Source: an uncultured delta proteobacterium
GTDB taxonomy: Bacteria; Myxococcota_A; Polyangia; Polyangiales; Polyangiaceae
Length of the DNA stretch: 64,000 nt
Assembly (NCBI GenBank): GCA_963806225.1
Contig: CAWDXG010000004.1
Coordinates: forward strand, 4,576,001-4,640,000
Direction of reading: 5' to 3'
A model generated the notes under the pieces. It did not search any database. It was not told where the DNA came from and saw only the letters and a list, made by a program, of their open reading frames with translations. The position numbers and the translations under genes were made by a program. This document shows positions 28,075 through 38,935 of the stretch, piece by piece; position 1 is the stretch's first letter, and each line of letters opens with the position of its first letter.

Positions 28075-29961
28075 ATGACCGTCTTCAAGCCGCCCGCGCC
28101 GGGGGTGCGGGCACGTCTGTTCGCTCTCGCACTGCTTGTTGCATTCGCACTGGTTGCAGGCCTCGCCACGGCCGACCCGCCATCCGCCGCGCCTGCCCCC
28201 TCGGGCTCGGCGGCGCCGCCCGCGGCCGGCAGCGCGACGCCTTCCGCCGACCAGGGGCTCGAACAGAAGAAACAACAGGCCAAGGAGCACTTCCTCAAGG
28301 GCCTGGAGTTCGTACAGAACGAGAACTGGGATGCCGCGCTCGCGGAGTTTCTGGCTTCGCGCGATCTGTACCCGACGCGCGTGGCGCTCGAAAATGCCGG
28401 GATCTGTCTGCGCCAGCTCAAGCGCTACGCAGAGGCGCTCGACATGTACAAGGAGCTCCTGCAGAAGTTCGGCAAGTCGCTTCCTCCGGACAAGCTCAAG
28501 ATGGCAAAGAACGCCATCACGCAGCTCCAGGGCGACGTGGGGCGGATCTCCGTCAGCGCCGATCAGCCGGAAAGCAACGTGATCGTCGACGGGCAGGAGC
28601 GGGGCAAGACCCCGCTCTCGAAGCCGATCGTTGTCAACGCGGGCACGCACACGGTGCGTGTTTCCAAGGAGGGGTACGAGACCTACGAGAAGCAGGTGCT
28701 CGTGGCGGGCCGGCAGACGAAGTCGGTCGCTGCTCGCCTGACGCCGCTGCGCGCCACCGGCACGTTGACGGTCAAGGAAGCGGCGGGGCAGAAGCTCGAC
28801 GTGGTGGTCGACGGGGCGGTGGTGGGCAAGACGCCGTGGTCGGGCGCGCTCGCCGTGGGGACGCATACGGTGTTCCTGCGCGGCGATGGCGACGTGGGAA
28901 CGCCGCCGAGTTCGGCTGTTCTGAAGCAGAACAAGGCCACAGCGCTCACGCTGCGTGCGGTCAAGCTCGATGCGTCGATCCGCATCGAGCCCACGCCGTC
29001 CAACGCCGAGGTCGACATCGACGGGGTGAGTGTTGGAAACGGCATCTGGGAGGGGCGTCTGACCAGCGGCCGGCATCGTATCGAGATCGCAGCCGAAGGC
29101 TTCATCCCGTACCGTCGCAATGTCGACGTGCGGGCGAGCGAGCGCGAAGTGCAGCGCGTCTCGCTCGATCGGGATCTGTCGAACCCGATGTGGAAGGCGG
29201 GCTTCGTACCGCACATCTACGTCGAGCTCGTGGGTGGAGCGGCCTGGGCGCCGGGCCTGGGCGGCGACGCCGACAAGAGCTGCTCGAAGGATTCGAACTG
29301 CAGTCGCTCGGCCCCGCTCGGCTTCCTCGCTGGTGCGCGCGGCGGCTACGAGGTCACGAAAGGGCTCGGTCTCGAGCTGTTCCTGGGCGCCATCTACATG
29401 AAGGAGAAGAGCACGCGCCGGGTCGTGGCGAAGGGCGAATACGGTTCGTGGACCTCGGACGCGGCCCAGGACACGACGCAGTTCTTCGGTCCTGCCGCCG
29501 CCGTCTCGGCGAGCTACAGCTTCTTCGACAAGACGCCGCTCACGTTCAGGATCTGGGCGGGCGTGGCGCGGGTGAAAGCGACCTTCACTAACAGCGGCCG
29601 CTACACGGGAACCGCCAGGGATCCGGGCGGCAACGACGTCCAGGCGAGCACCGACCTCGAGGTTCCGGAACAGACTCCCCGGCTGTGGATGCCGTTCGGC
29701 GGCCCCGAGGTGCGTATCGGCTACCGTTTCAACAAGCACCTGTCCGTGGATCTGGGAGCCGCGCTTCTCCTGATGTTCCCGCCGGACACGCCGCGGACGG
29801 GCATCACAGGTCTCGGGAGCAGCGGCGATCGCTGGATAGCGCCGCCGGTCACGCAGAACGGGCAGACGGTCAACGTAGGGCTCTTGAAACTTCCGCGGGA
29901 GAATGGCTTCGGTACCTATTTCGCAATTACTCCGACGCTCGCCGGGCGTTTCGACTTCTGA
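28075..29961 (+). CDS. Secreted TPR + PEGA-repeat protein with beta-barrel-like C-terminus
   Basis: Signal peptide; AKEHFLKG...ALAEF..S TPR; three V.[VI]DG...G PEGA repeats; ends TLAGRFDF. Confidence 0.85.
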   Translation: MTVFKPPAPGVRARLFALALLVAFALVAGLATADPPSAAPAPSGSAAPPAAGSATPSADQGLEQKKQQAKEHFLKGLEFVQNENWDAALAEFLASRDLYPTRVALENAGICLRQLKRYAEALDMYKELLQKFGKSLPPDKLKMAKNAITQLQGDVGRISVSADQPESNVIVDGQERGKTPLSKPIVVNAGTHTVRVSKEGYETYEKQVLVAGRQTKSVAARLTPLRATGTLTVKEAAGQKLDVVVDGAVVGKTPWSGALAVGTHTVFLRGDGDVGTPPSSAVLKQNKATALTLRAVKLDASIRIEPTPSNAEVDIDGVSVGNGIWEGRLTSGRHRIEIAAEGFIPYRRNVDVRASEREVQRVSLDRDLSNPMWKAGFVPHIYVELVGGAAWAPGLGGDADKSCSKDSNCSRSAPLGFLAGARGGYEVTKGLGLELFLGAIYMKEKSTRRVVAKGEYGSWTSDAAQDTTQFFGPAAAVSASYSFFDKTPLTFRIWAGVARVKATFTNSGRYTGTARDPGGNDVQASTDLEVPEQTPRLWMPFGGPEVRIGYRFNKHLSVDLGAALLLMFPPDTPRTGITGLGSSGDRWIAPPVTQNGQTVNVGLLKLPRENGFGTYFAITPTLAGRFDF

Positions 29962-30084
29962 AGCCAGGGCGGTTCGGCCGTCCCCGGCAGCGTCGCCCCC
30001 GCACTGTGCCGCGCGCGCAACACGTGGCGTCCAGCAGGTACGCGGGATGGGCGCTTCTGCGCTCGTTGCCCTGGGATTGTCGCG

Positions 30085-30100
30085 CGGCACGCGCGTTGCA
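30085..30100 (+). promoter_or_regulatory. sigma54 -24/-12 promoter
   Basis: CGGCAC-GCGCG-TTGCA, 15 bp before ATG 30116. Confidence 0.55.
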
Positions 30101-30115
30101 CAGCCAGAGCGCGCA

Positions 30116-30931
30116 ATGCAGACAACACTACGTCGCGTAGCTCCTTTCGCAGTTCTCATCCTTGTCGCCGGCACAGGCTGCACCACGCTCGGGCCGGTGC
30201 CCGGCATGACCGCCGTGAACGCGGTGCCAGCGCCGGGTGCGGACGTAGAAGCCCAGGTGGGGATCGTGCCCGGCTACTATCTCAGTGACGCGGTACAGGA
30301 GAAGGACAACGGTGCGACGGGTCAGGTCGCCGGCATGATCGAACCCAACGAGCTCATCCACGTGCCGGGGCTGGGTGCCGGTGCCCGATGGGTCGACGGG
30401 GGAGGGAACGACGGCTACCTGGAACCGATGCTCCGCTACCGGCACTGGCTGGGCGCGGAACATCGCCTGGCGCTCGCCGTCGTCGGCTACGGAACGCACG
30501 CGTCGAGCTCCGACAGCGGAGCTTCGTACAGCATGACGCATACGGGCGGCGAGGTCGCGTTCGATGGCCGCCTCACGCCGACCAGCAACTGGATCGAGCT
30601 GCACGTGCAGGCGGGTGGGTCGGTGTCGGGCGTGTTCGCCTCCGGTGGCTACTGCAGGGGCTCCGACGGCTGGGCCACGGACTGTCCGGACGGCGGCACG
30701 GCGGACACCTCCGCAAAGGTCGACGGCGCTTTCCCGGCGTTCTTCGGGGGAGCCAGCCTCGACTTCGCGCGACATCTGGGCGCCTTGCATGGCGCGCGTG
30801 TCGCCTTCTACGGGGCGGCAGGCCAGATGCCGGAGATCCGCTACGGACAACCGGGGAGCCGGCGCGCCTGGGCCGGTGGTGGCGTCTCGCTGACGCTGGC
30901 TGTTGGAGCGGCGAAAAAGAACGCGAACTAG
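30116..30931 (+). CDS. Lipoprotein, probable outer-membrane beta-rich protein
   Basis: Lipobox GTGC; alternating beta-strand pattern; ends GGVSLTLAVG. Confidence 0.65.
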   Translation: MQTTLRRVAPFAVLILVAGTGCTTLGPVPGMTAVNAVPAPGADVEAQVGIVPGYYLSDAVQEKDNGATGQVAGMIEPNELIHVPGLGAGARWVDGGGNDGYLEPMLRYRHWLGAEHRLALAVVGYGTHASSSDSGASYSMTHTGGEVAFDGRLTPTSNWIELHVQAGGSVSGVFASGGYCRGSDGWATDCPDGGTADTSAKVDGAFPAFFGGASLDFARHLGALHGARVAFYGAAGQMPEIRYGQPGSRRAWAGGGVSLTLAVGAAKKNAN

Positions 30932-30936
30932 CTCGA

Positions 30937-31773
30937 TCAAGCAGTCGCGCGCACCAGCCAGCTCGCGGTCTCGAGCTTCACGCCCTCGGGCGTGTCGTGC
31001 GGCTGGAAGGCGCGGCGCAGCGCGGCGTCGACCTCGGGGCGCGTGGCAGGGGCGGACTCGGCGAGCAGCGAGGCGATCATCCCGATCGACTGGACGAACT
31101 CGACGGCGTTGTCGAGGCCAGGCATGCCGCCGATGGTGACAGGCCGTTCCTGGCTCTCGACCTCGATGTCGCTGAAGCCGGCCTCGGCGAGCAGCCCAAA
31201 GAGCCGATCGCGGTCGCCCAGCGCGAAGGGGCCCGGTGCGCCGGGCGCCGGCGCTGGCGGAACATCGATGAAGCTTGCGACCGCCTCGAACGGGACCCGC
31301 AGCCAGTCGTTCTTCTTCATCCCCTGCCAGCAGATGAAGCCGAGCCGCGCTCCCCGGCGCATCGAGCGGCGCACGTTCGAGAAAGCGGCAGCCGGGTCCT
31401 CGAAGAACATCACCCCGAAGCGCGAGAAAACGCGATCGAAGGCCTGTTCGGGCAGCGCATGGGTCTGCGCGTCCGCCACCACGAAGCGGATGTTCCCTGC
31501 GCCGCGCTCGCGGGCACGCTCTTCCGCGTGCGCCAACATGGGGCGTGCGATGTCGATGCCGGTGACGTGGCCCTCCGGACCCACGCGCTCGGCGAGCTCA
31601 AGCGTGGTCTGTGCACAGCCGCAGCCCACATCGAGCACCGCCTCGCCCTTCTCCACCTCATCGAGCAGCGGCTTGGCCAGCGGCGCGATTTGCGCATCCA
31701 GGCGCGGCTGCACGCGCACCCAACGTGGCCCGGACTGCTCGTTCCAGTGGCGGATCATCTCCTCGTTCGGCAT
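30937..31773 (-). CDS. Class I SAM-dependent methyltransferase
   Basis: WN...G..W, VLDVGCGC, GIDIARPML, SRFGVMFFEDP. Confidence 0.9.
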   Translation of the reverse strand: MPNEEMIRHWNEQSGPRWVRVQPRLDAQIAPLAKPLLDEVEKGEAVLDVGCGCAQTTLELAERVGPEGHVTGIDIARPMLAHAEERARERGAGNIRFVVADAQTHALPEQAFDRVFSRFGVMFFEDPAAAFSNVRRSMRRGARLGFICWQGMKKNDWLRVPFEAVASFIDVPPAPAPGAPGPFALGDRDRLFGLLAEAGFSDIEVESQERPVTIGGMPGLDNAVEFVQSIGMIASLLAESAPATRPEVDAALRRAFQPHDTPEGVKLETASWLVRATA

Positions 31774-31814
31774 GGTGCCGGAAGCTAGCACGCCGCCGCG
31801 CGTGCGCCGCCGCG

Positions 31815-32606
31815 CTACCAGGGGATCGGTTCGGAATCGCGGAAGAAGCCGCCACTCGGTCCGTCGGGAGGCAACGTGGCGGCCCATACAATGCCACTGG
31901 CGCCTTCGTCGACGCCGCGGCTCGCGCTCTTGCCGCCCATGTCGGTGCGCACCCAGCCGGGACACACGGCGTTGACGCGGATATCGCGGCCCGCGAGTTC
32001 GCGGGCGAACACGCGCGTCAGCGCGTTCAACCCGGCCTTGCTCACCTTGTAGGCCGAGCTCGGCCAACCGCGCTCCTTGTGGCGTCCGGCACGCACGTCG
32101 TTGACGAAGGACTGCATCAGGGTCGCCAGCTCACCGCGATCGAGCTGGGGCGACTCGAGCTTGCGCCGGAGGGCGTTCGGAAAGCCGTCGAGCTGTCCCA
32201 CGCTGCTCGATACCATGACGACCCGTCCCTTCGTCGCGATCAACGGCAACAGCGCCTCGGTCACATGGAGCGCGCCAAAAAAATTGACGACCAGCGTATG
32301 GCGCGCAACTTCCGCGTTGAAGCCATCGAGCGCGATGCCGGCGTTGTTCACGAGCACGTCGACCCGGCCGTAGCGCTCCGCCATCTGCCGGGCGAACTTC
32401 TCGACGGACAACGCGCTCGAGACATCGAGCGGCATGGCCACGACGCCGAGCCCCTCGATTGCGAGCTGGTCTGCCGCGCGCCGCCCCCGTTCCGGATCGC
32501 GACTGGCGAGCACGACGCGCATCTGTCTTGCCGCAAGCTGGCGGCATGTCTCGAGCCCGAGCCCGCGATTTCCGCCCGTGACCACGGCGAGCTCTACATC
32601 GGCCAT
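31815..32606 (-). CDS. SDR oxidoreductase (carbonyl reductase-like)
   Basis: TGGNRGLG, NNAG, YKVSK, CPGWVRTDMGG. Confidence 0.92.
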   Translation of the reverse strand: MADVELAVVTGGNRGLGLETCRQLAARQMRVVLASRDPERGRRAADQLAIEGLGVVAMPLDVSSALSVEKFARQMAERYGRVDVLVNNAGIALDGFNAEVARHTLVVNFFGALHVTEALLPLIATKGRVVMVSSSVGQLDGFPNALRRKLESPQLDRGELATLMQSFVNDVRAGRHKERGWPSSAYKVSKAGLNALTRVFARELAGRDIRVNAVCPGWVRTDMGGKSASRGVDEGASGIVWAATLPPDGPSGGFFRDSEPIPW

Positions 32607-32689
32607 GCTCCCGTTCTGCTTTGCCCACGCGCCGCATGCAAGCGACGAGCGCTTCAAGCAAAGCCCCATCCGGCGTAGAGTGCACTTCG

Positions 32690-35465
32690 ATGGGACGTTC
32701 CAGGTGGCTGGTCTCCGCGGCGCTTGCCTTTCTGCTCCTGTCCTGCGGGTCGCACGACGGCGGCTCGGGGGCCAGCGGCGGCGCCAGTGGCGACCCGGCA
32801 GATTTTGTCTTCCCACCGCATTCGTGCGCGTACCAGTGCCCTGGAGCGGCCACCACCTGCGAGGAGGCGACCCGGCAGTACCAGTGTCCGGGCCTCGCCA
32901 AGTGGAACACCCTTCCCCACGTCCAGGCCTGCGGCAGGCTGGGACGGGAAGTATCCCCACCCGACGCAGGGCAAGTGCACGGCCAGCGCGCCGAGCGGCG
33001 AAGCGCTCAAGTACACCGGTGCGGACCCCGACGTACCGGGGGGGCGCGTGCTGCCCGACGGGCGACTGATGCACCCGATGGGGAAGCTCTCGATCTTCCA
33101 GGAAGCAGATCTAGACGCGGGATTGACCACCGGGCTCATCGACGTTCCTGGCAGCCCGTACGTGCTGACGGTCGACTCGGGGAACGGGCCGCACGCCGTG
33201 CGCGTGGTGGACACGACGTTGATTGGGCAGAAGAGCCCGGTCAAGAGCTACGTCCGCATCGATCGCCCCGAGCTCTTGAACAGCTCGCTCGCCTTCGTGC
33301 CGCCCGACCTGGTGCTGGTCTCCACGGCCAACGGCAAGGTCCAGGGCATGAAGCTGGATACCACGACGGGCCAGCTCACTCTGGACGACTCGCGCTCGAT
33401 CACGCTGCCCGATGCTACGAACGGCGACCCGTATTTCGTCGCGGGGCTCGGAGTTTCTCCAGACGGCAGCCGACTCGTGGTCAGCGCAGTCAACGACGGC
33501 CGCGCAGTCGCGGTCGACCTGACGCCCGCGAGCTATGGATCCGTGCTGGGAGAGGTCGGCATCGGCGGTGCCGACACTTTCGGCGTGTACTTCGATCCGA
33601 ATGACCCTTCCGGTCGCTACGCGTACGTCTCCCTCTGGGCCGACAGCAAGGTGGCCGAGATCGATCTCGGCGCCCAGTCGGGCCCCGCGCTCTCGCGCAC
33701 GTTCGATACGGAAAAGGACCCCGAGCAGATCGCCTTCCTCGATGCGCGCTGGATGGTCGTCGCCAATGATCTAGGCGAGACGCTCTCGCTGGTGGATCGC
33801 GTCTCCGGGCAGGTCACGCCCGTGCCGGTCGACTTCGCGGCTGGCCTGCACGGGCTGGATGTGTCCGGGGCGACCTACGATGCGGCGTCGCAGCGCCTGT
33901 ACGTCACGCTGAGCGGCATCAACATGGTGGGCGCCTATCAGGTGGACACGAGTACCTCGACGCCGTCGTTCAAGCCTCTGGGAAGGCTGCCGACGGGCTG
34001 GTGGCCGAGCGGTCTTGTCGTCCATCCCGACGGTTCGCTGACCGTCACCACGATGCGCGGCTACGGCGCGGGGCCCGTCCCGACGCCGACGCCGATCGCC
34101 GACAATCCGCAACAGGCCGGCCAGCGTGGTGGCGTGCAGCAGATCCTCGCGCCCAGCGCCCAGGATCTAGTCAGCGGCGAGCAGCAGGCGCTGCACGCCG
34201 TAGAGGTCGCCAAGCTGCCCGGCTATCCGCAAGTGAAGTGCCCCGCCGGTGTGAAAGACTTTCCTGTCCCCGCCACGAACACCGAAGGGCCCTCGAAGCA
34301 GATCAAGCACATCTTCTACGTCGTCCGCGAGAACAAGACCTTCGACGCTTTGCTCGGCGATCTGCCCGGCGTCAACGGCGAGCCGAAGGGCACGATGAAG
34401 AAGGACCCCGCGGACATGGAGAAGATCTGGGGCAATCTGCGCGAGCTCGCCCGCACCTTTGCCCAGAGCGACAACTCGTACACGGAAGCCGACGCCAGCA
34501 TCGAGGGCCACGCCTGGACCACCTACTCACGCGTGACCGACTACTGCGAACGCAACTGGTCCACCCACGCTCGGGATATCCCGGGCTGCGGCATTTCGAA
34601 GCCCAGCACGCCTACCGAGGGATCGCTGTTCGTCTGGTTGGGGGAGAACAACGTCCGCTATGACCTGCTCGGCGAGCTCGTCGGCGTGCCGGACCAGAAG
34701 CCCGCAGGCTACGACCCGGTCGACCACCAGTATCCGGGCGGGGCGTTCCAGGCGATCGGGTACCCCGACAACGAGAAGGCCTGCTACGTGGCGGCTCGCG
34801 CGCGCGTGCTGTGCAACCTCGGGTCGTTCATCTACATGACGCTGCCCAACGACCACACCGACGGCGTGGGTCCAAGCCTCCCGACGCCGGAAGTGATGGT
34901 CGCGGTGAACGACGAGGCGACCGGCATGCTGGTCGACGCGGTGTCGCACAGCCCGCTCTGGGAGTCGTCGCTGATCGTCATCACCGAGGACGACCCGCAG
35001 CAGGGCGCCGACCACGTCGACTACCACCGGGTGCCGCTCGTCGTCGTCTCGCCGTGGGTGAAGCGCGGCTACGTCTCGAAGACGCACCTGTCCGTGTCGG
35101 GCGTCCACAAGATCTTCGCCCATATCCTTGGCCTGCCGTATCCCAACCTGCAGGTCCAGAACGCGGCGCTGCCCTTCGACCTGTTCACTTCGACGCCGGA
35201 CTACACGCCGTACACGTACAAGCCGCGGGGCTGGCCGCTCGAATGCGGCGGCAAGGCGACCCGGGCCGAACGACAGCTGACCTCGTCGTGGACCTATGAC
35301 CGCGTCGACAACCAACCGGGGCTCGACGCCCAGGTGATGCGATGGATGCGCGACAAGCAGCTGACGCGACTCTCGCCGGAGCAGAAGCTGGACATCGAGC
35401 TACGTCGAGCCCGCAACAGACGCCGGCAGAAGCTCGGCCTTTCGGGCGCGCCCGACGACGATTGA
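32690..35465 (+). CDS. Lipoprotein, YncE-like beta-propeller + phosphoesterase/alkaline phosphatase-superfamily domain (apparent frameshift ~32935)
   Basis: ATG 32690 with lipobox LLSC; LPTGWWP; IKHIFYVVRENKTFD; LPNDHT; EDDPQQGADHVD. Confidence 0.8.
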
Positions 35466-35475
35466 TCGACAGGTC

Positions 35476-35997
35476 CTACCGCTCCGGCGGTGAGCAGTTC
35501 GACACGGAGAGCAGCTCGCAGGAGTCCCTGCCCGGCTGCGGCTGCCAGCTGTGCGCCGCGCACACTTTCTCGCTCACTCCGGTCTTGCCGATCGGGTCGG
35601 CGGAGCGGTCTTCCACGAGCATCAGCCGGCATGCGCCGCGATCGGTGTACGAGAAGTAGTCGACGCGTACCGGATCGCCCTCTTCCGTCCAGAACACGTG
35701 CGCGCCGTGGGCCGGGCGGCAGGCGTCGAGCGCCGAGATCATGCACTCCTCCACGCGCCGCAAGCGACAGCTCTGGTCGCGGCGGGGCTCGTCGAATTCC
35801 CCGCAGTCCTGGAAAGTCGCGCCGATGCGGTCCTGCATGTGCCGCGCGGCGTTGCCCATGGCGACCCGGGGCGGTGGCTGCTCCGCCGCGCAGGCCATCA
35901 AAGCCAGACACGCGCCCAGCGCGGCCCAGCGCGCGAGCCCTGGACGGCGCGTTCGCGAGCCCGGCCTGCGGACGCCGACCTGTTTCCTGTGCTTCAT
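35476..35997 (-). CDS. Lipoprotein, DUF4362-like
   Basis: Lipobox LMAC; TEEGDPVRVDY motif. Confidence 0.55.
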   Translation of the reverse strand: MKHRKQVGVRRPGSRTRRPGLARWAALGACLALMACAAEQPPPRVAMGNAARHMQDRIGATFQDCGEFDEPRRDQSCRLRRVEECMISALDACRPAHGAHVFWTEEGDPVRVDYFSYTDRGACRLMLVEDRSADPIGKTGVSEKVCAAHSWQPQPGRDSCELLSVSNCSPPER

Positions 35998-36047
35998 CAC
36001 AGCTCCGCCCTCTCGACCATTCTGCGGGGCTAGGTTACATCTAACGC

Positions 36048-36905
36048 ATGCCGAACACACCCCAGACCTGGCCGGGGCGGAGGCCGCGCGAACAATCGCG
36101 GCGGCGGAGGTACTCGGTGCTGTTCAACGGACAGGAAATCGCACTCAAGGAGGGCACGGCTGTTATCGGACGCAGCCCTTCCTGCCAGCTTGTGGTCGAC
36201 GACATGCTGGTGTCGCGCAAGCACGCCAGACTGCTGATCTCGGACGTGTCGCTCATCATCGAGGACCTTTCGAGCACCAACGGCGTGTACGTCAACGATC
36301 GCCTCGTTGTCACGCCCACCGCACTGGACCATGGAGACCGCGTCCTGGTCGGCCCCGCGGAGCTGTCGATCCTGGCGCGGAAGCTGCCGGAACGTCGCCG
36401 CCACGCGGATGCCGGCGACGAGCCGGACCTGTCCAGCGACGAGCGGAGCGTCGAGACCGGAAGCCATCGCATGCCGACCACGACGCGGCGCGATGCTTTC
36501 AGCACCGTCGGCCGCGTTGCGGATCGCATGCTCGCCATGGGACGCGCCGACGGCGCCGCCCAGCTCATCGGCGGGCACCTGAAGGAGGTGCTCGCCGCAG
36601 CGCGGTCCGGACACCAGATCGCGCCGGACCTGCGCGACGCGACCACGCACTACGCCCTCCAGCTCGGCGCCCTGGGCAAGGACCCGATCTGGGTGAATCT
36701 CGCCATCGAGCTGAACCTGCTCGGGAAGCGGCCGCTGCGTGCCGAGGCGGTCGAGCAGCTGACACAGCTGGCGCGCACGCCGGGGCTCGTCGAGCGCGAG
36801 CTGCTCTTCTACTACCAGGAAATCCTGCGCGCGAACCTGCATCGCATGTCTCCGGCCGAGCTCGAGCGCACGCGCAGGATCCTGGACCTGGCACCGCCCA
36901 ATTGA
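36048..36905 (+). CDS. FHA domain protein
   Basis: IGRS..C...VSRKHA...DLSSTNGVYVN...L.HGD. Confidence 0.9.
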   Translation: MPNTPQTWPGRRPREQSRRRRYSVLFNGQEIALKEGTAVIGRSPSCQLVVDDMLVSRKHARLLISDVSLIIEDLSSTNGVYVNDRLVVTPTALDHGDRVLVGPAELSILARKLPERRRHADAGDEPDLSSDERSVETGSHRMPTTTRRDAFSTVGRVADRMLAMGRADGAAQLIGGHLKEVLAAARSGHQIAPDLRDATTHYALQLGALGKDPIWVNLAIELNLLGKRPLRAEAVEQLTQLARTPGLVERELLFYYQEILRANLHRMSPAELERTRRILDLAPPN

Positions 36906-37009
36906 ACGCCGGCCGGCCGTCGGCGCCCGGGTCTCGACGCAGCAAGAAGCGGCTGGCGTTAATGACAATCAAGAGCTAGGTATGGCCCCGCGCCCCCGCC
37001 CTGGTTCTG

Positions 37010-38905
37010 ATGACATCGAGCCCACAAGGTAGCCCGGGGAAGCCCCCGCCGCCGGGAGTCACCCGGCTGCGATCGCTGCTCCGGCGTAGTGCAGCTCCAC
37101 TGGAGTTCGAGCTCCTGGGTAGGACCCTGCTCCACTCGGCTCTGGTGGGTGCCGCAGCGGGTCTGGTCGGCTCGCTGTTCTTCTGGGGGCTGGAGGTGAC
37201 CGAGCGGCTGGTGCTGGAAGGTCTGGCCGGTTACGAGCTGTTGCGCGCCGGCGGCGAAGCCATCGTTTCGGATCACGGCAGCACGCCGTTCCGGTTCTGG
37301 GTGCTCGTGCTGCTGCCAGCGGTGGGGGCTCTGGCCGGCGGCATCGTCTCCTGGAAGTTCGCCCCGGAGACGCGCGGAGGCGGCGCCGACCAGATCATCG
37401 AGGACTTCCACCTGCGCGCCGGCTTCGTGCGGCGCCGGGTGCCCACGATCAAGCTGATCGCCTCGATCCTGACGCTGGGCTTCGGCGGCTCCGGAGGTCG
37501 TGAGGGCCCGACCATGCAGGTCGGCGGCGCGCTGGGCTCACTCGTTGGGCGCTATCTGCGCGTCACCGAGCGGGAGCGCCGCATCCTGCTGGTTGCCGGG
37601 CTCGCCGCAGGCATGGCGGCCGTGTTCCGCACACCGCTCGGCGCGGCGTTGCTCGGCGTCGAGCTGATGCACCGGGACGACTTCGAGTCCGACGCGCTGG
37701 TGCCGAGCGTGCTGGCCAGCGTGATCGCGTATTCGGTGTTCATCTCGTTCTTCGGCGAGGCCACGCTCTTCAGCCACGCGCCGCGCTATCCGTTCATCCC
37801 CTCGCATCTGCCGCTGTATGCGCTGATGGCGGTGCTGGTGTCGCTCGCGGCGAACTTCTTCCTCTTCACGCTGAACGGCGTGCAGAAGCTCAGTGCGCGG
37901 ATCAGCCTTCCCGAATGGTGCAAGCCGGGCATCGGCGGTCTGTTGCTCGGGCTGTTCACCGTCCCGGTGCTGGTAGTGATCGGGCCGCTGATTGGCGGCA
38001 AGGGCCAGGGGTTGGGTTTGCTCGGCGGCGGCTACGGTCTGGCGCAGGTGGCCATCACCGGGGCGCCGTGGTTTGCCGAAGGCTGGCGCGGCGTGCAGCT
38101 GCTCCTGGTGCTCGGCGTCGCGAAGATCCTGGCGACCTCGCTCACCATCGGTAGCGGCGGCAGCGCGGGCGACTTCGGCCCTTCTCTGGTGATCGGTGGC
38201 ATCTTCGGCGGTGCATTCGGTCGCGCCGCCCAGCTGCTTCTGCACGATCCGACCATCCAGCCCGGAGCGTTCGCCCTGGTGGGCATGGGCACGTTCTACG
38301 GCGGGCTCGCGCACATCCCGATCGCGTCGCTCGTGATGGTGTGCGAGCTAGCGGGCAGCTACGATCTGCTCGTGCCGCTTATGCTGGCTGAAGGCATCGC
38401 CTTCGTGATCCTACGCCACCGCGCGCTCTATCACTCGCAGGTCAACACCAAGCGCGACTCGCCCGCCCATCGAGACGAGCTGATCCTGGACGTGCTCAAG
38501 GACATCCGTATCGGCGACGTGGTGGTGCAGGATCGGCCGTTCATCACCTTCCGGCGGGGTACGCCGGCGCGTCAGGTCATCCAGCAGCTGGCGGGTACCG
38601 AGTGGCAGGACGCGTTCCCGGTGCTGGGTGAGGATGGCAAGGTGGTGGGCGTCATCAGCTCCGATATCCTGCGCACCATGGCGGCGGATCCGACGATCGG
38701 CGAGTTCACCCTTGCCGATGACATGATGACCGCGCCGGTGTCGGTCAACACGGACGATGACCTGCACACGGCGCTCGAGCTGCTCTTGCACCACGGGGCA
38801 CGGGAAGTGCTGGTGACCGACCAGACCGGCAAGATCATCGGTTTCCTGGACGAGGCCGAGATCAGCCAGTTCTATCACGGTGCCACCGTGCCCAAGCCGG
38901 ACTGA
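37010..38905 (+). CDS. ClC-family chloride channel / H+-anion antiporter with CBS domains
   Basis: GGSGGREGP, FRTPLG, GGSAGDFGP, many TMs, C-terminal CBS pair. Confidence 0.92.
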   Translation: MTSSPQGSPGKPPPPGVTRLRSLLRRSAAPLEFELLGRTLLHSALVGAAAGLVGSLFFWGLEVTERLVLEGLAGYELLRAGGEAIVSDHGSTPFRFWVLVLLPAVGALAGGIVSWKFAPETRGGGADQIIEDFHLRAGFVRRRVPTIKLIASILTLGFGGSGGREGPTMQVGGALGSLVGRYLRVTERERRILLVAGLAAGMAAVFRTPLGAALLGVELMHRDDFESDALVPSVLASVIAYSVFISFFGEATLFSHAPRYPFIPSHLPLYALMAVLVSLAANFFLFTLNGVQKLSARISLPEWCKPGIGGLLLGLFTVPVLVVIGPLIGGKGQGLGLLGGGYGLAQVAITGAPWFAEGWRGVQLLLVLGVAKILATSLTIGSGGSAGDFGPSLVIGGIFGGAFGRAAQLLLHDPTIQPGAFALVGMGTFYGGLAHIPIASLVMVCELAGSYDLLVPLMLAEGIAFVILRHRALYHSQVNTKRDSPAHRDELILDVLKDIRIGDVVVQDRPFITFRRGTPARQVIQQLAGTEWQDAFPVLGEDGKVVGVISSDILRTMAADPTIGEFTLADDMMTAPVSVNTDDDLHTALELLLHHGAREVLVTDQTGKIIGFLDEAEISQFYHGATVPKPD

Positions 38906-38935
38906 TCCCGGTCCGCGGGCGCGGCGGCCTACGCC

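Noticed and set aside
26454..29591. 1045-aa giant kinase ORF
   Set aside because: After ~27790 it is Arg-rich off-frame sequence overlapping the real PEGA gene.
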